A DNA stretch of 45,153 nucleotides from Promethearchaeota archaeon (lineage in GTDB: Archaea; Asgardarchaeota; Hermodarchaeia; Hermodarchaeales; Hermodarchaeaceae). Positions 38,378 to 45,153 of the stretch are shown here, in pieces (position 1 is the stretch's first letter; every line of letters starts with the position of its first letter). A program made the position numbers and the translations under genes. The stretch lies in assembly GCA_048939245.1 (NCBI GenBank), contig JBHLPR010000013.1, positions 1 to 45,153 of the forward strand, in the 5' to 3' direction. The notes below the pieces were generated by a model that searched no databases, had not been told where the DNA came from, and saw nothing but the letters and a program-made list of their open reading frames with translations.

Positions 38378-40468
38378 ATGAAAAAAAAATTCCTTGGACT
38401 TTGTCTTACACTGATGTTTTTTCCTTTTCTTAGAGGAATTCAAGTAACTGGTGCTAGCTCACCTGAAACGAGTATTCCCCCTCCCTCATATACATCACAT
38501 TCACCAATAGTTATTCATACTCCTGCGCAATTTGATGCTCAGGCAAGTGCAGAAAGCTGGCCTGGTGATGGAAGTAGTGGAAACCCGTATATCATCGAGA
38601 ACTATTTGATTGATTTGGCTGGTTCTGTTGGAAATTGCATTGAAATTAGTAGTCATGACAATGAATATGCGTTCTGGACCTATTTCGTTATTAGAAACTG
38701 TATACTAAGAAATTCGAGTGGAAGTGGTAATCTTGGTTGGGGAATTTTCTTAATGAATACGCGAAGACTTGGTGATATATACAATAATACTGTTGTTGAA
38801 TGTGAGAGGGGTAGTATAGCATTAGGTAATCATGGTGACGGACATTACAATACAGAAATTACCTATCAGCAAATTGTCAGAAATAACACATGTGATGGGA
38901 AAATATCTTTACAATGGGGTCGGAATAACAAGGTAATCAATAACACCTGTTATGATATTTCTTTATACTTTGGTGGTGGAACGATTGGAAACGTCGTGGC
39001 TAACAACATTTGTAATCGAATACAAACGGGTAGTGAAGATTTTACCATTGTAACAAATAACACTTGTGAAACTATTGCCATTAATGGTTATAACGTCGAT
39101 GTCACTGGCAATATTTGTGATTCCGCAACTGCTTACGGAGGCAATGTCGTTTTTGATTATAATTTTTATTCAGAGTATACAGGACCAGATGCAGACGGTG
39201 ATGGAATTGGCGATATCCCCCACTCAATTGCGGGCACCGCTGGTAGCTCCGACCAGCATCCTCTTATGATCCCATTTAACAACCCATTTCCAATCTGGTT
39301 ACAGTCCCCGTCAAACCAGATTGTTGAATTCGGAGAAGGTTTCCGCTATGACATAAACGCCACTGCGTATCCTCCAGGTTTGAATAGCATCACGTGGAGA
39401 ATCAATGACACTCACTTTAATATTGACAGTTATGGCGTCATCACTAATGCGACCTTCTTACCAATTGCTGAGTATAACATCTTTGTGACAGTTAACGACA
39501 CTTATGATCGGAATTTATCTGGCTCTTTCCTTGTTAAAGTAGAGGATACAATTTGCCCGAATTGGATTGAGACTCCTAAAGATAAAACAATCGAATTTGG
39601 TCAAGACTTCTACTATAAACTAAATGTCTCGGATTTATCAGGTATTCATAAGTGGGTAATCAACGATACTGTACACTTCATTATTGATAACAATGGTGCC
39701 ATCACGAATATAGTTGCTCTGTCCGTAGATGTTTATGAACTGGGTGTTGAGGTCAACGACACATTTGGCAACCTCTTAGTTGGCTCCTTTTCCTTAACGG
39801 TTCAGGATACTACATCACCTGCGTGGACAGATATACCGAAAGACCAGACTACAGAATACGGAGAAGCATTCGAGTACCGAATAACGGCAAATGACCTCTC
39901 AGGTATCGCTGATTGGTGGGTGAATAATACACTTTATTTCAGTATTGAGGATGGTTTGATTATCAACATTACTCTTCTAGTTGTAGGAACATATTGTCTA
40001 GAGATCCGCGCCTACGATACCAGCAACAATTTTTGTAGTGCTACTTTCAAGGTGATTGTAAAAGATACCACATCACCTGTCTGGATAACTTTACCCTCGG
40101 ACAAAACATTAGAGTACGGAGAGGTTTTAGATTACAGCCTTGCTGCCTTTGATGTTTCAGGTATTGACCACTGGACTGTCAATGATACAGAACACTTCGC
40201 TTTATTCAATGGCCGACTTATCAATATCGGCATTCTGGAAGCTGGCAGCTACATTCTTACTGTTAGTGCCTATGACCCTTATGGAAACTACTGCGCTGCG
40301 ACCTTTACTATCACTGTGCTTTCGCCTGAAACACCTCCTACAACTGAACCAACACTTCCAACAGGCACACCACCACTCCTCCCTATACTAGTTATTATTG
40401 TGGGAGTTGGAATTGGAATAACTATTACCGTATATGTTATTATGTCAAGGCAGAATAAAGACCTGTAG
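38378..40468 (+). CDS. Cell-surface glycoprotein: beta-helix (NosD/pectin-lyase-like), 4 cadherin/Ig-like repeats, TM anchor
   Basis: Signal peptide, HSPI.I, WPGDGS..NPYII, NNT repeats, DADGDGIGD.P, four ~85-aa P.W...P.DQ..E.G..F.Y repeats, Pro/Thr linker, TM. Confidence 0.85.
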   Translation: MKKKFLGLCLTLMFFPFLRGIQVTGASSPETSIPPPSYTSHSPIVIHTPAQFDAQASAESWPGDGSSGNPYIIENYLIDLAGSVGNCIEISSHDNEYAFWTYFVIRNCILRNSSGSGNLGWGIFLMNTRRLGDIYNNTVVECERGSIALGNHGDGHYNTEITYQQIVRNNTCDGKISLQWGRNNKVINNTCYDISLYFGGGTIGNVVANNICNRIQTGSEDFTIVTNNTCETIAINGYNVDVTGNICDSATAYGGNVVFDYNFYSEYTGPDADGDGIGDIPHSIAGTAGSSDQHPLMIPFNNPFPIWLQSPSNQIVEFGEGFRYDINATAYPPGLNSITWRINDTHFNIDSYGVITNATFLPIAEYNIFVTVNDTYDRNLSGSFLVKVEDTICPNWIETPKDKTIEFGQDFYYKLNVSDLSGIHKWVINDTVHFIIDNNGAITNIVALSVDVYELGVEVNDTFGNLLVGSFSLTVQDTTSPAWTDIPKDQTTEYGEAFEYRITANDLSGIADWWVNNTLYFSIEDGLIINITLLVVGTYCLEIRAYDTSNNFCSATFKVIVKDTTSPVWITLPSDKTLEYGEVLDYSLAAFDVSGIDHWTVNDTEHFALFNGRLINIGILEAGSYILTVSAYDPYGNYCAATFTITVLSPETPPTTEPTLPTGTPPLLPILVIIVGVGIGITITVYVIMSRQNKDL

Positions 40469-40646
40469 ATTCAATTGTATTGAATTTCATCTCTCACGAG
40501 GATTTCTGGGTTGTTCTATTATACATCTTCATTCATTTTCTTACATCATTCCTTCTCAATGGATTTTCGAAGGTCAGATACAATTCCACAATACATGGGA
40601 CTGTTTTCCCACTGTTTTGGGCTAATAGAAGTGCTCTTCATTGAGT

Positions 40647-40732
40647 ACCGTAAATAGTGTTTACGGTCCTTAGAAAGAACCTAAAATAGTATTTACGGTC
40701 CTCAGAAGGAACGGTTATTTTCATCCAAACAT
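40647..40732 (+). repeat. Tandem partial copy (40653-40680) plus full copy (40685-40732) of the 48-bp repeat, with inverted repeat
   Basis: ACCGTAAA-TAGTG-TTTACGGT perfect 8-bp IR (40647-40667), then AATAGTATTTACGGTCCTCAGAAGGAACGGTTATTTTCATCCAAACAT. Confidence 0.88.
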
Positions 40733-40755
40733 CGCAAAGCATTAGAGAATTTTTA

Positions 40756-40971
40756 GCATATGCTCTTTTCGTTACAACAATAATCGTTGACGAAACGGGA
40801 CATGCTGGGTGGTATTTTGCTAAAGATTACGAAACAGACGGGATGGGAAGAGTAATTAATTTCAAATACAAATGGGGTCAATATTGGTGGGTGAATAATT
40901 GGGCACCACTTTGGATTCCATGGCCAATTTGGGACTACGGAGGCATCCACATAGATGCAACACCCCTGTGA
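40756..40971 (+). pseudogene. Start-less Trp-rich 3' gene fragment
   Basis: Frame open from 40690: ...AYALFVTTIIVDETGHAGWYFAKDYETDGMGRVINFKYKWGQYWWVNNWAPLWIPWPIWDYGGIHIDATPL*, ending 12 nt before the next gene. Confidence 0.45.
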
Positions 40972-40983
40972 TGAGATGATGGT

Positions 40984-41418
40984 ATGAAACGACTTCAAGA
41001 AAGGGTACGGACCCATTGGTTTGCTACAAGTTTTGGCGGAGCATTAATCTTTAGCTCTCAATTTTACTTTCTTGTAATGCTGACTCTGTGGTATGCACCA
41101 TTTGAGCCAGCGTTAATCTTAGTTCCCAATATTCTTGTAGGCATCTCTGTATTCTGCGGATTCATCCTATTGACATTAGCAGTATTTCCTGCAGTGAGTA
41201 ACTGGAAAGTGCGAATAATTATTGCTGTTTCAATACTCTCTTTAGTGAGTCTTTACACTTTTTCTCTTCTTCCCATACTCGTGCCTTTATTCAGTATATT
41301 GGTCTTAGTGGGAATGAGCTTAATGTACGGCATGCTCATAGCTGGTGCTATTCTTGGTCTATTAGGTGGACTGCGAATGTTTCGGAAGGTAAGAGAAAGC
41401 GAAGTTACAGAATCATGA
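40984..41418 (+). CDS. Small 4-TM hypothetical membrane protein
   Basis: Four hydrophobic helices, G..LGLLGG C-terminal helix. Confidence 0.7.
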   Translation: MKRLQERVRTHWFATSFGGALIFSSQFYFLVMLTLWYAPFEPALILVPNILVGISVFCGFILLTLAVFPAVSNWKVRIIIAVSILSLVSLYTFSLLPILVPLFSILVLVGMSLMYGMLIAGAILGLLGGLRMFRKVRESEVTES

Positions 41419-41782
41419 CCCGACACTACACAACAACTGATTAAGACTTTCATGTCCTCTTTGTCTTTGAAGCGCCCCTGATAGGCTTCAGTATCGCAAA
41501 GGGACAAAACAGCGTAGTCTCCACCATTCACCTCGGCGTGACACTTAGACAGCCTGAACTTCGATTATAACGATATAAGTGTCTGAACTGGGGGTTCTGA
41601 ATTAACATTTCCCTTTTTTCTCCTGTGATTTGCGATAGGCAGTCATAATGCACCATGTACAGGTTGTTTTCATGCTGTTTTGGACGGATATCAGGGTTCT
41701 CCATTGAGAATGCTAATAGTATTACCGGTTATTCGTGGAACTGCACGGACACTACTCTGATAGGACCCTTGCAATTACGGTT

Positions 41783-44700
41783 TTACTTGTCATCCGAATC
41801 GTCGATAATAAATTCCTTCTTATCCTTGACGATCTTCCCTTTGGGTATATCCTTAGAACGCTTTTCGCGGAAAGTCTGTAGTACTTTTTGGCGTTCTTCG
41901 TCACTCAAATCTTTGAGTTCTTCCAGAAGTTTTTGGCGTTCTTTTTCAGTAAGCGAAGGAAACTCCGCAGGCCCCAGCACTTCTTCAACTGTTTCCGCTT
42001 GGGGTTTATCCGCTATTGCTAGCGTCTGAAAGATTTCTTCCCAATCCTCTTTGGGAATCTTCCGTAATTGTGCGGCAATTCGTTCCTTCTCAAGTTTACC
42101 AAGTGTTGGATAGGTCGCTAACCGTGCCTGAAGTTCCGTTTCCAGATCCTCACTAATTTCTGGCTCTTTGACTTTTCTATCAAATCGTGTTCCATCGGCC
42201 ATTTGTCTTCTAAGGTCTTCGATGAACCACACACGTTCAGCTGGTGCGATTTGTTTCATCTGCTGGAATAAGTCTAATTTCTGCTCGTATTCGATAAAGG
42301 GAAGACTTTTCAATTTCGACCAAATCGCATCATCTTCAGCTTCTCGTTCGGCCCAATTAATTTCTGCAGGAATCACTGTTGGAGCAGCCGCAAGCCCCAC
42401 TGAACTATAATAAGACGCGGCAATTTCAGAAATTAACCCGGTTCTATCGGAAATTCGAGCACGTTCCATTTTAGAAAGACTGGGCGAGCCTCCCTTTCCA
42501 ATACTCTTAGCCATCTTTCGCATTTTACGAACCATCCACGGAATAGAGAAGACCCGCACATACGCAACCCAAAGAATAAGACCCAATATCGCAATGACTG
42601 CACCAATGGATACATACACCATAATACTACGCGTGAAGTCTGTGGCTCTAACATAGATGTAAATTGTGCGACTGCTGGGAGTTTTATATGGGAATGGAGC
42701 GGAAGCAGTGATCTGAATGGTGTGTGTTGTTTCTAGCAAACCACTATACCACTCAAACGTATAGGTTCCGTTATGATGATTAATCATTGGTTCCTCAATT
42801 CCCAAGGCCACAATAGTGATTGTCAAATCAGCATTAGAAATCAGCAGTGAATTATGGGTATCATTGAGCATAACACTAATTGTGAAATTAGTGCCGACTA
42901 GGACTTGAATTGGTTCTTGAAGAGGTACAATTTCGGTTGGAATTTCCTCGAGAGTGAGCCTGAATTCCCTTACATCTTGACCCATCGTTGGTTTGGAAGC
43001 ACTCACATAGATTTGATAATAAAATTCCACGAGAGCCGTCGTGTTAAGGATTCTAGTGTAGATACCAGAACCTGCATCAAAAAGATAACCAGCATCAATT
43101 TCTGTTCCATTTAGAAGTCTAAAATTGTAAGAGACATTAGCTCCATTAATAGGTACATTGTCGCGATCTGTAACAAAAGATACCGTGAGATTAAATGAAT
43201 CTCCAAAGAAGACGGAAAATTCTATTGGAGAAAGAATCTCCAATCGGGTTGCGGTAGGATTAATGGTAATTATAATTATTTTTGTTATTGAGAAATATTT
43301 TGTGGTGTTTGATGCCCGAAGAGTAACCTGATAATCAGGGCCCACACTAGCATTAGCATAGAATTCCACATAATAGTGACCGCTCCCTTGCCAATTCATG
43401 GCAACAAAGCCACGACCAGCCCAACTATATTCTACAATCGCATCATTAATGGGAACGCCCGCCAAATTTGTGACAAGTAATGAAATATTCACAAGTTCAT
43501 TATATTCAACTTCCCATCGTCCAGTGGCAGGCTCGATAATTTGCATATTCAATTGGATGCGGGTTATCTCAACTGTTATGAATATCGTCTTTGAGTCATA
43601 ATGAGGATATGCGAACTCAACTTGGATTGTGTGTGTCCCCACCGAACTAATTGAAGTGTTTAATTGTAGAAAATAGGTACCATTGCCAAAATCAGAAATT
43701 GAATAGTAACCGAAAAGCCAATCGATGGTGACAGTTGCATTTTTAATGGAAACCCCGAGATGATCGAGGTCACTATATGTGAACAAGCAAGTTGCGTTGG
43801 TTCCAATTTCCACAATTTGTGCTGGAGTATTAGCTTCAAGTCCTGTTCGGATTTGCCGTATAACAAAGCTTTGGAGATTATAATCTGTCATATAGTGTTC
43901 GTTAGTTGCAGTGATTTGGACAAGAAATCCTCCTTCGACTTCATTCTCTGTATATATAGTTAGGTTATAGTAACCAGAAGCAGCATCATAGATGGAGTCC
44001 CAGTAGAATATCTCCCAGTCGCACCAAATGCTCGCTCCGGATATTATCACATTGTGATCATCGTCATTGAATTTCAAGATGAGGGTGAGGCTTTCCCCCC
44101 ACGGAACAGACGTTGATGTTGATCCCATAACAATGGTATCGAGAATTGAAAGAGATGTTTGGATATCTCGAACTTGAAATACCACGTTTACCTGGTTAAT
44201 GTCATAATGCGTTTTATTGAATGTGAAAGTTAACGTATAACCTTGCGTTCCTTGAGGTACTAAAGTTGTGTTAAGAGTAATCGTATAGGTGCCATTGTCA
44301 TAATCCATTTCCCAATAATCCTGACCTTCATGACCATCCATCCATGAGAAGCCAATGGTTGCTCCAGGAATTCCATAGCTTGAATGATCAGTGTCATAAT
44401 ATTTCAAAATGATAGTGACATTGTCACCCCAGGCTACAGAGGGAGATTCAGCGTTACCAGAACTCGTTGTGTGGGCAGGACGAACTGTAACCTCATAAAG
44501 TTTGGTTTGCGTTTGATAATTTGTCTTATTGAATCTAATAATAACGGTGTAAAAGCCTTCAGAAATCGTTCCATTTAATGTAATAGTGTAAACTCCAGGA
44601 GTGAGTGGATTATATTCCCAATTTTCTGCGAAACCTGAAACAGTGATTCCAGCATTGCTTATACCAACCTCTTGTGACCCGCTTATATCGTTGAATGTAA

Positions 44701-45151
44701 AAGTGATAATCGCATTATCGTTATAGACAAGTTCGAGAGCGGTGGGCGTATAATCAGCGACAAGTTGGGTTTTTCGAGCCTCGATGATGAGGTTTATGCG
44801 AATAGTTTGGAGTGCATGATCTGTATAGGTTGCATTAACGAAAAGGGCATGGGTTCCGACAGGCAAAGAAGCCGTATTTAATGAATAATTGTAATACCCA
44901 TCTGTCTTCTCATCCAAGGAATAAACAGTTCCACCAATGAGGATTTTTACAGTTGCAGATTCAATCCCCGTTAGCGTATCAATATTTTCGTAGTATACTG
45001 TGATGTTAAACCAATTATCCCAATAGATATGAACCTCGTAAGAATCTGTTAGGTTATTGTACTCAGTCCACCCATTCCCAGTTCCGGTGGGTGGGTAATC
45101 AATATCGGTGCGAACGGCGTCTAGATTTGTCGCCCATGAGACGACGCTAAT
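41783..45151 (-). CDS. Very large Ig-repeat single-pass membrane protein with helical-repeat cytoplasmic tail (5' end beyond window)
   Basis: Frame stays open past 44917 to the window edge. Repeated ~95-aa units (W/YG.N.T...Y.D.D....I.GA...NGTY...LNT...G.Y), TM, ~250-aa cytoplasmic domain. Confidence 0.88.
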   Translation of the reverse strand: MSVVSWATNLDAVRTDIDYPPTGTGNGWTEYNNLTDSYEVHIYWDNWFNITVYYENIDTLTGIESATVKILIGGTVYSLDEKTDGYYNYSLNTASLPVGTHALFVNATYTDHALQTIRINLIIEARKTQLVADYTPTALELVYNDNAIITFTFNDISGSQEVGISNAGITVSGFAENWEYNPLTPGVYTITLNGTISEGFYTVIIRFNKTNYQTQTKLYEVTVRPAHTTSSGNAESPSVAWGDNVTIILKYYDTDHSSYGIPGATIGFSWMDGHEGQDYWEMDYDNGTYTITLNTTLVPQGTQGYTLTFTFNKTHYDINQVNVVFQVRDIQTSLSILDTIVMGSTSTSVPWGESLTLILKFNDDDHNVIISGASIWCDWEIFYWDSIYDAASGYYNLTIYTENEVEGGFLVQITATNEHYMTDYNLQSFVIRQIRTGLEANTPAQIVEIGTNATCLFTYSDLDHLGVSIKNATVTIDWLFGYYSISDFGNGTYFLQLNTSISSVGTHTIQVEFAYPHYDSKTIFITVEITRIQLNMQIIEPATGRWEVEYNELVNISLLVTNLAGVPINDAIVEYSWAGRGFVAMNWQGSGHYYVEFYANASVGPDYQVTLRASNTTKYFSITKIIIITINPTATRLEILSPIEFSVFFGDSFNLTVSFVTDRDNVPINGANVSYNFRLLNGTEIDAGYLFDAGSGIYTRILNTTALVEFYYQIYVSASKPTMGQDVREFRLTLEEIPTEIVPLQEPIQVLVGTNFTISVMLNDTHNSLLISNADLTITIVALGIEEPMINHHNGTYTFEWYSGLLETTHTIQITASAPFPYKTPSSRTIYIYVRATDFTRSIMVYVSIGAVIAILGLILWVAYVRVFSIPWMVRKMRKMAKSIGKGGSPSLSKMERARISDRTGLISEIAASYYSSVGLAAAPTVIPAEINWAEREAEDDAIWSKLKSLPFIEYEQKLDLFQQMKQIAPAERVWFIEDLRRQMADGTRFDRKVKEPEISEDLETELQARLATYPTLGKLEKERIAAQLRKIPKEDWEEIFQTLAIADKPQAETVEEVLGPAEFPSLTEKERQKLLEELKDLSDEERQKVLQTFREKRSKDIPKGKIVKDKKEFIIDDSDDK

Positions 45152-45153
45152 TA

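Noticed and set aside
40647-40732. CRISPR array
   Set aside because: Only two adjacent imperfect copies with no unique spacers and no cas genes
41253-41780. Short ORFs or RNA gene in the intergenic stretch
   Set aside because: No recognisable motif, tRNA fold or convincing start context

Overview
Archaeal chromosomal window, most likely from an Asgard archaeon. This assignment is an inference from TBP, Cdc48, archaeal CitG and thiolase/DUF35, frequent GTG/TTG starts, large Ig-repeat surface proteins and several proteins resembling eukaryotic ones. Left to right: a putative catabolic/modification locus (metallophosphoesterase, APC permease, PLP aminotransferase, FGGY kinase, Pol-beta-type nucleotidyltransferase); an isolated NuoH/NuoI-like pair and Mrp; GDPD, M42 peptidase, tbp, and padR-cdc48 with a palindromic operator; UDG; a small coiled-coil/proline-rich/WH2-C-helix-like protein resembling a minimal WAVE/WASH/VASP actin regulator; a minus-strand run with an RNA m5C methyltransferase, RNase J-like nuclease, an alpha-SNAP-like protein fused to Ig-like domains and a degenerate GlmU; a DapA-family aldolase fused to formaldehyde-activating enzyme (Fae) beside CitG; an acyl-CoA cluster with an active and a degenerate AcdA and an unannotated Lrp-domain gene lacking a canonical start; and an AT-rich surface-protein segment bounded by 48-bp direct repeats. 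No rRNA, tRNA, CRISPR array or transposase was seen. All family calls come from motif recognition by eye, not from database searches.
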